A stretch of 64,000 nucleotides of DNA from the NCBI RefSeq assembly GCF_964204865.1, contig NC_135251.1, positions 24,614,001-24,678,000 of the forward strand, read 5' to 3'. Position 1 is the stretch's first letter. Each line of letters opens with the position of its first letter. Source of the stretch: Styela clava. Lineage: Eukaryota. Shown here in pieces: positions 10,701-23,800 of the stretch. The notes beneath the pieces are model-generated. The model saw only the letters and a list, made by a program, of their open reading frames with translations, ran no database searches and was not told where the DNA came from. Position numbers and translations under genes: made by a program.

Positions 10701-12662
10701 AAAAAAATTAGTTTGATTATTTTGATATTTCCATCAACACTTGTATTTTGTATGACCTCTGGCGCTGTTAGGCATCAAACAAATTGATGTTTTCGCTTCA
10801 TATCAGTCACGATAATTGCTGTTATTCATGATGCCGATTACGTGCATATGAAATTACATTTTCATTGTTTAATATAATTTATTATTCATATATGCGCTTC
10901 CCCCCACTCTCCAAATCAAGAGATGATCGCGGTCAGATATACTAAAGCCTACGCTAAATGACCCAATGCATAACGTCATAAATTTTTCATTAGAAATTGT
11001 GATGTCGGATGTACATCTTTTTGAGGTGTATATTAGACTGATAACAAATGACATGGGGAACTATCGCAAGTATGTACAGGCAATTAGATATTAAACTTTA
11101 ATTTGATGTTGGGTTAAAGGTGCATCAACATGGACATTTCAGTGGATGGCAAAACCATGTTGATTAATTAGTTCGTCGCTTGTTGCATGTCATTTCAAAT
11201 TGACGTTGACGAATAAAACAATTTTGAAAAACTCAAAACTTTCCACCAACATGGCGCTAAGCTTTAAATTCTCCCTGCGCATTACGTGACGCATAGTCGG
11301 GTCATGTTACGATAAATAACGACTATTCGTACTTATAATTTATAGTATATATCAACATATATTTTATCAAGTAAACAAAAAACTAAGTTTGTAAATACTT
11401 TTATCGGAGGCATTCTCAGTATAACTTTTTAACTGTAACAGTTTATAATAACAAGCGGAACATCTGGTTTTTCACGAGCCCCTTGCAAAAAAGTATGAAG
11501 CCGGTTTATCATTGTGTATTTGAAGCTAATAAACTGTTGAAATTTTATAAGAGTCCAGTTTTTTGATTTTCGAATCCGAACTTTGAAGGTCCTCCTAGTC
11601 ATAACTGGCCTTAGATCATATCCTAAACGAAGCTGGAACTTCCGAACAGCTACGGGCACAAGTACCCGGACTGTCCTAGATTTTGTAGATCCTGTGACGA
11701 TTATTCACGATTCCAGTTTCAACGTGGAACGCTACAAGTAATTTTCAATTTTGTTGACGTAACCATACAAACTTCGAAGTGAAAAACGAATACAAAGGAG
11801 CCCACAGAAATTTTGGAAATATATAAAAGATAGCCTTCTAACGACAACAACAATCTTTAACGACCGAAAATTTCAAACATATTAGTCCGGTAGTTAAAAA
11901 AAGGCGATTTTTTCACAATAACATGAAGAATACTAATAACATGTCATAGATCCATTTCGTGTCCAATAATCGTGTATATGTAGGTCAGCGTGTTTGTTTA
12001 TGCTGTGTACGTAAGTCTTATAAACTACATATTCAATTCTCTAGACTTACTATGGCCCGTAAAATTGCTTTTGCAGAGGGCCCGGTCATAACTATTGCCT
12101 GCTTCCTGCCTACTATAGTCTGTTACTATGGATAGGCCGAGCTTCGGATCCAGACTCGGTTTCGAGACATGTTTTAAAACACAATTAGGTCAAGTGCGCA
12201 ATTATGGACTGTCACATAGTCACATACGGTGTAATTTACGGTGAGAAAGCATGCAATTCTGGGATCCGCTATCTCGAAAACGACGTAGCTCGTTTTAGGT
12301 AGTATGGACAAAAATAGGATTTGTTACGGTATGTTTGAATCATTGCCGTGAAACTTCCGTCAACTTATTTTGATAAAAATAGATCGTCCAATCGAAATGT
12401 TGACGTTTATGCATTGTAGGTCGAAATTACGTCGACGTAAAACGTTGAACGTCGCACGCGAGTGGTCGATACCGCAGAAAACTTTAAATTACCTTAGCAC
12501 GAAAAGTAGGCAGACATCTCCAATCAATAACATGACGAGGACTCCTGTGCGTCGGCTTCCGGTATTTTGCTGGACGAGGTATGCATCTAGAACCATCATG
12601 CCCAACATGATTGCGATGATCGTAGTGGAAATATGTAGACGACTATTCGCTTGTTCCGCCAT
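4704..12662 (-). CDS. TMEM121: TMEM121/CECR6-family multi-pass membrane protein with long disordered C-terminal tail (~813 aa), 4 exons: complement(join(4704..6191,6692..6847,7420..8047,12493..12662))
   Basis: Exon 1 (absent from the ORF track) reads MAEQANSRLHISTTIIAIMLGMMVLDAYLVQQNTGSRRTGVLVMLLIGDVCLLFVLR. Later motifs RYVGVWVGTEVRSMKRG, WFLLIFVLDIKMYF, FWVVVDLLDLLDLQSNMWE, FYCYIILIVLPPLSLAEMS and VSSIFIGKNVV match recalled human TMEM121 ([54 protein letters not shown]). Junction phases 2, 0, 0 are all GT-AG and consistent; 2442 nt. The exon 3 to exon 4 join is less certain than the rest. Confidence 0.85.
6436..6493 (+). repeat. SINE-like 3' tail fragment in TMEM121 intron 3
   Basis: ATGATTAAGTCGTCTCATTAACTTTCCTCTCCCTTCGGGATAAACATGTAAATCC resembles the reverse complement of 28040-28075 (GGGAAAGGAAATCTTGGATACGACTCAT). 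Confidence 0.4.
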
Positions 12663-14924
12663 GTCTGTTGTCGATTCAAGAGTCTCTTTTCTCAGCTCAG
12701 TTCAAGCCTCTCTTTGCGCGCCAAGTGGTATCCCCACATTTGAGGTATACTGCCTTTTCCCGACCTCTTTTATTGAGTATCCGAAGTGAAGTGACTTAAT
12801 GTTAAATGGGGCTGAAATGACAAGCGGACAAATAGATAAATTATTTATCACAAAACAGTTGACTTGTACGCATTACAATATTGCCTAACTAAAACAAAAC
12901 CATGAATTATAACAGTTTTACACGATGCCAATGCATTTGAAGCTATTCATTATGATCAAGAGTAAACATTGTACGAACAAGAATTTTCAAATTCGCATAT
13001 TAATGAATGTTATATTTCGAAGTCAGTATGTCAAAGTTTACTCAATTTTACTTAATTTTAACTAATTTTTCATTTTCCTTTTTATGAAGTAAATAAATCT
13101 ACTGGACATAACGTTCAAAAATTTGTGAGAATTAATTAGCCGCATCTGAGATGGAGCGATACCTAGTGAATTCCTATAATCTATTTTTTTACACAACAAT
13201 GCATATATTACGTTAATTACATATTCATCGACTATACCTTATGTCAAATACAAGCTTATATTTTGTGTATTGTGAAATGGGACATAAATAGGAAATTTCA
13301 TTTATTTCGAAAAAGAATAAATTCTGGATAAGAACATTAACCCTGCTAAAACGCTTAAGAGATTAACAATACACTCGAAAACAAATACGACTGTGTTTGC
13401 AGTAAGTTTATTGAACATTATGTAAATGTGAAACTGTTCCTGACTATTTGCATATTCAGAAAATCGAATCAATTTCAATATAAAAACTTCGAAATATAAT
13501 AGCATTTTGAAGAAAAAATGGCATAAACACACAAAAATTATTTTTCTATTACCTTTAAATATTCTTGCGTTTCAAATCGCCATCAGGAAATAGCAACTAA
13601 TAGTAGATATAATCTGAAATTATAATTATGTGGGATCATAAAAATCAGAGATTTTAGAATTGTATGTACGTTTTAGTGTTATGCAACTAATTTAAAATTG
13701 AAAAAGACTAACACATTTGAGCGTAATAACAAATAAAAGTCAGTTAGGACCTGACAAGTCCACTAGACAAAATTGTTATCGGAGTAGTAACAACAGCTTG
13801 GGAGTGGATAAATTTATATCACCCAGATCGAGAGTTCAATACTTGACCTTGTGTCGACCTTCCACCACCAAATGTTCCTATTAAAACTAATCAATGGTCA
13901 TCATGGTGTTATTGATTGTCAGGGTGCCGTGGTATTTATACGGAGGTATCCAACAAAACTTTTCTCTGTCATGTATAGAAAATTATCGATTATGCAGTTT
14001 CGGTATCCTGTGAAATCCCCGAGGTTTACTGTTTCAAAATGTTCTTGTTAATTGTTTTTACCATATATTAATTAGATCGAATTGACTGATTCTATCTATA
14101 TATTCCGTGCGCGTTTAGATACATCTCGCTCGGATGGATATTTTATCAGAAAAAAATCTTGATTTGTCATTACATTATACATACGAGCGATCCTGTCACC
14201 GTACTAACCACAATATATATTTGAAAAATATCGCGATATCACATAACGCTTTAGAATGCTAACCCATTTTATGCTGAGCTAAGCCATACCATTTTATCAA
14301 GCACCAATTCTGCGAAAGTAACAAGTAGTTGTTTAGCGAATACTTTTCCATGTAGTCATGATTTTATTAGTCACGTGTAAAGTAATTTTTTTGATCATTA
14401 TTGACTTGCCAATTTTTGTGAACTCACAATGAAACGGAAAATATTTTATTTACATGTCATATTCAGCCATTATATTTATCAATACATATAAGCCGCAGCC
14501 CAAGATAATGTCGACTGACCTCTGATGATCATCTGTCAACGGAAGCTTTTACGGTAATTTGTTATCTACTATCTCAAGATCTGCCTGAAACTTCAAAAAC
14601 CAATTATAATGTATTGCATATGAATGGCTATATAGAAATACAATTTTTATTGAACGGCTGTCAAGAATAACCTAACTGTACGCTCTTTCCTTTTATCGAA
14701 TGGACCCGAAAACAGATTACCCACAACCTATATGTCGTAAAGCGAACGTTGCCTTCATCACTTTTCATATGTTCTAAGTGGATTTAAAATCCCGAAATAC
14801 CTTGTTACATCTTCTTGTAATGTAGAGCTCACATCTTGCTAAAAAGGAATTTAAGTTCCGAGCTAAAATTCAGACCCAGCCTACAAAGATATTTTACGTT
14901 ACCTCAAAGCACATTACAGCAAAC

Positions 14925-15138
14925 GGCGCTCAAGAAGTATGTGTACCACTATGGAGGTGACTAATTTTGTTTGCCTAATTTACACCAAGTTGTGTAAAGG
15001 GACTAAAACCTATGAGCGGGGCGTATATTCACTTGACTAACACAGACAGTCCCCAAACTCGTAATAGAACTAAAATAAGGGAAATCGGAATAAAATTATG
15101 CCCTAATCCTAACCTGGTACACATACTATGGGAGTACC
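14925..15138 (+). mobile_element. MITE family A, copy 2 (~214 bp)
   Basis: Subterminal inverted repeat AGTATGTGTACCA...TGGTACACATACT; termini GGCGCTC...GAGTACC; colinear similarity to 58878-59090. Confidence 0.85.
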
Positions 15139-15698
15139 CAGAAAACAAATTATAAATGTTACTGAGAAGTTTTACCTACTTACTATGATCATCTACCGAT
15201 ATTGCATCTTTCAAAATATTTTTAAAATTTATATACATTTCCTATGTCGGTATTACCCAGAAGTCAGTTGTACGGTAACCCGGCGAGATCAAGAGTGCAT
15301 CTTCCTAAAAGAAAAGTTATTGGAAGCCAGTATCTGGTACTCGCCTAACCTCATTAAATGTGAACATCTCTTGGGAACAATCAAAAGTTTTAATCCCGGC
15401 AAAAGTAATCTGCGGTTGTCGATCGATTTATCTAAGATTAAATCCCTTTCGATTAATATTCACTAAACTTCCACGAAAGCAACATTATTATAACGCAAGA
15501 CAATCTCTCTGAAAAAAAAAACTCAACATTCTTTACCATATTTTTAGCTCAAATATCGCGTATATTATTTTATTAAACTACACACATGCTGGTAAATAAG
15601 CAACAGCAGTTCTTTCCGACGAAGCGCGTGTTTACCCAAATTTATCGTCCGTGTAACTAGCGGCCTCTTGTGATTAAGTCATTTAGATCGGTCTACAT

Positions 15699-16506
15699 CA
15701 GTGTTTTTCAACCATTTTGGTATCGCGGAGAACTTTTCATATTTCAAGTTCTTTACGGAACACCAAACGAAAATTTTCAATTTTTCGAACGCAATTATAC
15801 CTAATAGTTATATCATTTAGTATAGAAAAGAAATAACGATAAGACCAATGACGACTTATTGACTCGATTCAAATTCAGAGCTATAAAGAAAAAAATTGTA
15901 CAAAAGTACAATTTATAGATCTTTTATTACATTCTCATGCCACAAAGCAATAAAATGCCAACGATAATTATATGTAAGACAGACGGGCCGTTCGTATAGT
16001 TGAAAATAACAATGCATTTTGGAGTGATGAAAGGGTTTGCTTCGATGAGAACAAATCTTATTCCTGGCGGGGATTTCGGAAGGACAAACACGTATAGTTC
16101 TTTTCTAACGATTCTTAGTTTCATACCAGTCTGATATAAGTAGCGATATGCACTATAAATCACATTGTCAAACTACCTAGTATTTGTTAGTTTTTTGCAA
16201 TGGGTCTAACATTTAGGCATAAATAAAATACCGCAATACAAATTTTGGTTTTTGAAGAGTTTTATTTTACCTGATAGTAATAAAAAAATGTTCCGAAAAT
16301 CTGCCATAAGATAGAATTAGTCATTAGTTCTTTTAAAATTTAAGTGATCAGGTCCAATTAAAGTAATGGTTCTTTGACACAAAGTGGACCTATGGAATAG
16401 AATAATATGTCAATCAGTAAAAGGTTGTGGAACAATTTGATACGGAACACCTGTAGGTCTTTCACGGAACAACAGTGTTTCACGGAACATCGATTGAATA
16501 TCATTG
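15699..16506. mobile_element. Old non-autonomous hAT (Charlie-like) element
   Basis: Left end CAGTGTTTTTCAAC; degenerate right end GATTGAATATCATTG; subterminal CGGAACA repeats at both ends; flanks GTCTACAT / GTCTATGT (6/8 match, TA-centred 8-bp TSD). Confidence 0.65.
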
Positions 16507-17006
16507 GTCTATGTGACGAAGCTACTGCCCAGTGCAACTCAGAAATACAGAAGAATAAGTGGCGGGTAGTTTAAAACTCATCTCACACGCGGCCATAACA
16601 AAACATTACGTTCTTGAATGTCGTTATTGAGAAACTATGCTGTTTGACATGACCCAATATTCGATCCATATGTATATTCCGTGTCCAATAATGTAACAGC
16701 AATCTATGATAAGGCGAGGAATATATCAAAATTGCTGTACGTATTTGCATGTGGTAGGTATTGCTACTACATTTGGCCCGGTTCCCTTGCTACAGCTACA
16801 CTGAATTCACAAAATAATATCAAATAAGATTGTCCTACAATTTACTCACGAACGTCAAATTCTTTTGTCTTGGACGAAAACATGCTTCATATAAAGATAG
16901 GAAGCTGTTGCTATCGTAGTTAATAGTATACATGATAATTTGTTGAATGTGAATACTGGGAAGATGTCATTGATTTTTCAAACTGTGTGCTTACCAGTCT
17001 GCTTGC

Positions 17007-17202
17007 GGTGTCGCGAAAATGTCGTGTCCCATTTGTTCCGCGTTTCCCACCTGTCCCACGTGCCCCACTTGTCACACGTGTCTCGCTTGCCCCACGTGTC
17101 TCACTTGTCCCGCGTGTTCCACTTGAGAAACGTGGGACAAGAAGGACACGTTGGACAAGTGGGATAGGTGGAACAAGTGGGACACGACATTTTCGAGACA
17201 CC
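17007..17202. mobile_element. Foldback/MITE-like palindromic element with internal 9-bp (TGTCCCACN) tandem arrays in inverted orientation
   Basis: GGTGTCGCGAAAATGTCGTGTCCC ... GGGACACGACATTTTCGAGACACC is a 24-bp TIR with one mismatch. The left arm has ~11 TGTCCCAC-like units and the right arm ~6 GTGGGACA-like units. Confidence 0.8.
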
Positions 17203-17818
17203 CGTTTGCTTGACTTCACCCAATGATGGGATTAAGAACGGGTTCTCTTTTGTAGCGAACTCGCTAACAACAGGCCGAACTAAAACAATAACAGGTTCGC
17301 GAGAACCCCCTGAATCCCCCACTGAATTCAACGTTGATTGAAGTGTTCTGAGAAAAATGTTGTGTAAAACGTATTCCATTGAATTATAATTTTTTCATGT
17401 TTTGTCTTCTTATTTGTTTACCTGTCACGTTGAATAACTCTTACAAGCAATAACACAGTAGATTCACCAAAAATTTGTCATTCGACTCCAAAAATATAAA
17501 TAGTTCGTACATTAGTTTTCCCTTTCAGGTAAAGATATATATAACATATTTTAAATTTCAAAAAAGCGGAGAGTTTGCTGGCCAGGTAATCAATCTTTTT
17601 TAGACATTTTTACTCTTAAAATAAACTTTGCACAATTTTCTGCTGGAGATTCTTCAGCTTGGACGGTCAGTCTGCGGGTACAAATACTGAAGCATGGATC
17701 CCTCTCTTCGTATTTTGATCATTCCAAGAATCAAACTTCCGAGTCTGTCTATTTGAGATGCACCAGAATAAATTGGTAAAAACGACGAATTTGTCAAATA
17801 AAATCCATCATCTCGTAT

Positions 17819-20800
17819 TTATGCTGTAGATAAAACAAAATCATCGCACAATTAGTGTTTGTCACATTATCTTACTTAGATTTACATCATGTAACTCTAT
17901 GAATCTTAATAGAGAAGTTAGAATTACCTGTATCTCGTACGTTTGCAACATTAGTGACGTCTTTTTGTGTGCTGTTCGTGGTTCCGTGTCTTCCCGTGTA
18001 CGTATTTGCTGAAACTGACAAGAAAAATGTTTGCATTTTGATCGCAAAAATCTCCATCTACCTTACGTGATAACCGTCTATCACTCTGCGTTTAGAATTA
18101 TCGTAATTAATATATATATAAAAACCTTGTTAGGCCTCCCTGTAGAGCTTACAATTTATTAGAAAATATTTTCTGTTCTGATCTAAAATTGTGTTCCCCA
18201 GGGTAAGTAACTCTGGTACTTCCACATTCTAATCTTCTGGTCACGATATTGGTCTATGGCGTTTAAAGAGTTGGTATTTGGAAGATTTTTCACAAATTAT
18301 TGTATATTGTTTGTTTCATGTACCTGAAGAATCTCCAATGTGTATGTTGATTTCCTTGCTTTCTTTGGTATTGTGTTCGACTGCAAAATAAAGTTAATTT
18401 CTTCTAAATAAAAAAATAAATACCTTACTTTGCATTATGCTATGCAAAAGAATTGTTGTCTTTTTTGCATTAGGTATACCATTCACTTCGAATTACTTTA
18501 TAAATACCTTACACCATTAACATCTTATTGCTATAATTAACACATTACCTCGTTTCTTCAAACGGACACATAGCGGAATCATACTGTCTCCAATATTGTA
18601 CACGATATCAATGTCTTCGCCATTCTCACGTATTCTTTCCAAACAATCCCCATCCAATCTGAATTTGATATTTCTGCATGTCATCCCTCTCAAATCATCG
18701 CGGATATTATCTCTTGGTGGCGTGAACGTTACATCGGCCTTATTGGTACATTCGAGGCAAACCGGATTTTCGGGGTTTATCGCGACAAATTCTGACAGAG
18801 GATGAATTATTTTGTATCCTGATTTCTCCATCATACCCACGGAAAAGTTGATGCCATCCATTGGTCTATTTATTTTGTTCGGCCATATTATTACAGAAAA
18901 TTCACGATCGTTTTGGAATAATATATGGGACATGATTTTGATAGGAAGATCGAACTGCACTGGTGTCCTAATGGGTTCGGCTTTGACAGGTGGTGAATGC
19001 ATTTCCTGAAAATAATAGTAAACATAGCACGACACTTACATTAGATGTAATTTTGATAGAATCTGATGGCAGCAATGTACAAACTGCTTCACGTCAAAAA
19101 AAAATTTCAGTGTCAATACGAAGTACAATGAGGGAAATACTTTTCTTGTTGACCAAAAGACAGGCGTTGAGAAAAGCAAACAACATTTATATTGGAGCGT
19201 CTTCGTTGGTTTGATAAAGCGAAATGTCCGATTTGTCAAGCCTTGGTAGAAATTTTCCAAGAACTGACAATACTGTGTTTCTTATTGGATTTTTAAAAAA
19301 TATTACTTTCTTTATTTGATTAAACGACGTAAATGTTATTTCACATGTATTTGTCCTAGAGAGTCTACTGAACGTTTACTTTAACAATTCTTAATTGATC
19401 TGACATAAATAGGTCTAGTAGTGAGATACCATTATGAGGTAACTTAAACTTATCTTCACAGTAAACCTACCTCATTCTGTTCGAAGCTCATTTCTGATTG
19501 ACAATCACCGCTAAATCCTGAGTCAATCGTTCTATAACTGTCATCTGTAAAAGGATGCAATTTTTCACGTAAAAAGTTAGTTTATTTTGTCGTTTTGAAT
19601 AAAACTACGCAACACATTACATTTCATAATCATAAAACGATATTTTTGGTACTCCTGAAGTATGCGCACCAAGATGTCGCACAACCTGAACCCCAACCTG
19701 GTAAACAACCGGAGTTCAGGTTGTGCGCCATCTTGGTGCGCATATTCCAGGAGGTCCTTTTTTTTTAGATATTTTGTGATAACAGTCGGGCCACACGCTC
19801 CGTTTAAATCTTTCCTATAAAACGGCCCTTCAGTGGAAAATAGTGAAATGGCCATTACATTAATTTCGGTTATATTATATTCAAGATACATCCTACAAAA
19901 ACATTCTATGACGATTATTACTTTATGGCAGAAAAATTCTGTATGAATGGTACAAAAATAATAAACATTGATACATGTATCAGCGATGGTATCTTTAAAT
20001 TGCTATAAAATAGGTATTTTCAACTTTTGATGCAGATTGGCTCACTGTTATATTTTCGATATATGATTCACAATAATCCTAATTGTACTATTTCGGGGCA
20101 TCCAACAATACGTTTTGTATCAAAATTTAAAACAGAACCGTCATTTTATTACCATACGTCACGTCTAAAGTTGTATCCACATACCATTCCATATATGGGA
20201 ATTCAGATTATTGCGCCACAAAAAGCTTAAATTCCGTGATCCGCGAATACCTTTGTTTACTGGTGTTGTAATGTCAAATCCGAACATTGGAGGCCTATTC
20301 ACAATCACGGGCGTAACAAAATACCTTTCGTGAATATGCCATGATCTCAGGTGACGTGTGGCGATTGAAAGCGGGAGTGTACTCACCACTCAGTTAATTC
20401 ACATCACACGCTTATTGGAGGTAATTGACTTCAACTTCCAACTGACTTCCACTTTGTTAACATTAATTCATATTAATTCAAAGTGAATTATTCACATAGC
20501 CATGAGCCGTGAATTCTGGTTAATAATGAAGTGAAAATTCAATCAATCGCCGACGCACGCAAAGCCACATAAAGTTTAATTGGAGCGGCAGTGATCTGGC
20601 AAAAATGTCTGTTCATGTAAATTTGAAATTACGGGAACACGAAATTTGAGGTCTATACTGCAAGAAAAGATCTATAATTTGTACAATATCTGGTTAGGTT
20701 AATATAAAATTAAATGTTTACATACCATTACTAATAACTTGATGACTTATTTCGGCATTTTCTGTCACCTGAAAATGATTATATTGTAATTATTGTAATA

Positions 20801-23800
20801 TAATTGCGTTCAGATACAAAACGTGATTTGTTTACGTATCATTATCAACCCCCAGTAACTCAACTGCGTTGTATTCCACTCGAGAAGGCCTATATCATAA
20901 CCAGGTCATACACGCCATAAAAAAGCAAATGTTAGACTAAACCATAATTTAAAAGTTATAAAGGATCAATTTCAAGTTATAAAGGATAATAAAAAAACAT
21001 TCAAGTTATTCAAACACAAACTTTATTAAGTTTTATATGTTCGTCGTTAATCTAATGAAAATCACGAAATTCTGCTGTCGCGCGTATACGACTCACACCC
21101 ATACACTCAAACAGTTCCACGAATTCCGGTGTTGAAAGTTAAATAAAGCCTTAGCGTCACGGGACCAAACAGGGACTTTTTAAAACACATGCTCATCTTT
21201 TATTCTTGATTCCATGAACTGAAAACACTTCCCGAAAAGTAACGCCCAAGGCATATTATATTTGATGGTTTATATGGATAAGGCAAGACACTCGTCCGGT
21301 TACTCATGCTGGGTTGGGTATGGAAATAAATAATCTATTCTTGTTAATGGTCGATCGTTATACGCTATACATGCTTTACTAACCTCCGTTGCCTGCGAAC
21401 CAAGGTTTTCCTTTATCACGTTGTAATGTCTGAACCATTTGATCTTTAGATTCTGCAAAATAAAAACATAAATTAATACAAAGCTGCCATACCAGCTTAT
21501 ATATATGTTATGCTGGATCGAGCTTGCCAAAATGCGGTTACGATTCTTAGCAGTGACAAGTGTTTTGTATGTACAGAACTAAGTAAATACGCAGATTTAA
21601 TTATGGTGGTATACAAACTATGTAATACAGAAGAATCGACAATGGGCTAAATACCCGACAAAAAGTATCTAGGATTTTCACATTTCCTATCCAGGAATGA
21701 AGAATACAAAGAATCATTGAAATATCATAGAACGTTGGAGATATTCAAGTAATTATAGAAATTGTAATACAGTTTATACGGGCAAAATATCAAAATAAAA
21801 AGCACTCAATGCAACGAGTCATTTGCTTAGCTTAGAACAAATTGTATATCATACCACAAAAAACAACAAAATGATTCTATCAAATATTTTTTAAAATGGA
21901 TCAGTTTGTGAGACAGTTGGTCAACTGTCGGTTTTTACTAAACGCTTGCGAGATAGTAACGACTGTAGTTTGGGGTATTTGTGTTTGAACAATATCTTGC
22001 GCATTGGTATATTCTATGGGACTACACAATATTTTCTTCAGACTAACCTGCTGCCATTGCAATTCGGCGTTTATCGAGATTTTCTTGTTTCTTTGATAAA
22101 TTTCGTTTAACATATCTTTGTCATTTGCTATCAATGCTCGATATGCTCCTTCACAATCTTCTAGATTCAATTTCGTTGTTATTTTCCTGCATTTGATGAG
22201 TTCGCGCAAATGGTGCAGAGATGGGTCACTCAGTGAACTCCCGCTGACATCTAATACGTCAAGCTGAAATGACGTGATAGGAAAATTTAGACAGAACATA
22301 GCAGTATACTCGTACATCTTGTTCGTGGCGCATGGTATTTATATACTGCGTTTGTGACCTAAGCTGTGTAGACTGTAGATGGCCCTAATACCGAGTCTCA
22401 TCAGGACGTTCTACTATGGAAAAATAGTCAAAGGTTGAAAACCATCTAATTTCGGTTAATTGTTTTTCTCCCCTTTCAATTTTTCAACAATTATGAATTC
22501 GTATATAAACCTTATGTTGAACGCTAATCTTTTCTGTGGTGACAATTATTAAAAATATTAAAAGTTAGAAGTGTGACTTACAGCTATAAAGTATAAAAGA
22601 GATAATGATATTAATTGATGTTGATGTGTATGGAATAGTATTAATTTGCAGAATCAAGCTATGTTCATGCTTATACCTTGACTTTATCATCTCTCACTCT
22701 CTGTAGTAATTTTTCCAAATCATCTGAGTTGAGTTTATGGATTTTAAGAGATGATATTTTATCAACCGCTTGGCACAATATTCTGATAGACTCATTGTCA
22801 TAGTAATTCCCTCTAACGTCAAGACAAAGCGCCTGAAACAAAAATTGGTTTGTCAGCAGATTTTAGTAAATAAAAAATCTCTTATGCGTCAGGATTTTCA
22901 TTATTACTCATAATGACTCGGGGCAAGGTCAAAATATAACGCACATCTTAGTTACGCAGTTGAATGCATGATTATCGAGTTGTAAACGTAATTCGTTGTT
23001 AAAACATAGCAATTTAATCCCGGGGCCTTTTTCCCGGACAGTTACTCCATCTTTCAACGGAAACTTCAACCTCACCAACATATATTATGAATCTGGGTAG
23101 ACCTTGTCGAATTGAAAGATTTCGGACGCTCTATAATCCATGCTTACATCCTCCGATACTCGAAAGCTTGTGATTATTTGAAATATAAATAGCCATAAAA
23201 CTCTATCGTGAGAACAATAAAACATTCAAATTTTATAAAGACTTTTCATGTCTACATACAGACATATACAAATAACCACACCAATAGATACACAACCGAT
23301 AAGAGGCAAACATTTCTTAGCAGCGGTACCAACCGCACTTACAAATATAACCGTTTGAATGTATAGCGCACTGCCGAAAATTGCCCACAAAGAAATATAT
23401 ACCCACAGACAATTAACACTTTAAAAGTTTCACATAATGATTAGGAATACCACGATAAACAAAACAGTTCGAAATTTGAAAAAAGTCTTAATGAATACTA
23501 TTTCACGTTGGGGACTGAATGATAAATAAGAAGTTGGAGACTTGCAACAACCTTGTCTGAACGCAAATTGAAAAATTAAAGCGTAAGTGAAAATGACTTA
23601 CCCATATATTTTTGCTTTTTGAAATTGCATCAAGAATTTTGTTCAGCTTTTCAGAAGCCAAAAGACAATTGTGAAGAGATATTTTTCTTATGAATGAATT
23701 CTCAATCGACCACAGCAACTTTCCAATGTCTTCTTCGGTAACGCGTTTAAGTCGAATTGTTTTTACATAGTTCGTGTGTGTCGCCTCTTTTCCCAATTCC

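Noticed and set aside
12370-12789. 139-aa plus-strand ORF
   Set aside because: Antisense to TMEM121 exon 1, which has clear family homology on the minus strand.
13794-13860. tRNA-like A/B-box pattern (GGAGTGGATAA...GAGTTCAATAC)
   Set aside because: No cloverleaf can be formed; at best a decayed SINE head.
16920-17379. Four overlapping repetitive ORFs (VPRVPL / GTRGTS / CPTCPS)
   Set aside because: Products of the 9-bp periodic foldback element. It is also not CRISPR-like, as there are no unique spacers.
19577-20389. ORFs in LRR-gene intron 5 with faint ZU5-like words (ACGPT...LEYAH; VTPVIV)
   Set aside because: The acceptor at 19892 needs phase 2 but the upstream exon ends in phase 1, giving a stop; the similarity is too weak. 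A decayed ZU5 exon cannot be fully excluded without HHpred.
21300-21383. Extension of LRR-gene exon 4 to 21300
   Set aside because: There is a good GTTAGT donor at 21383 in the correct phase, and the extension overlaps a SINE-like fragment.
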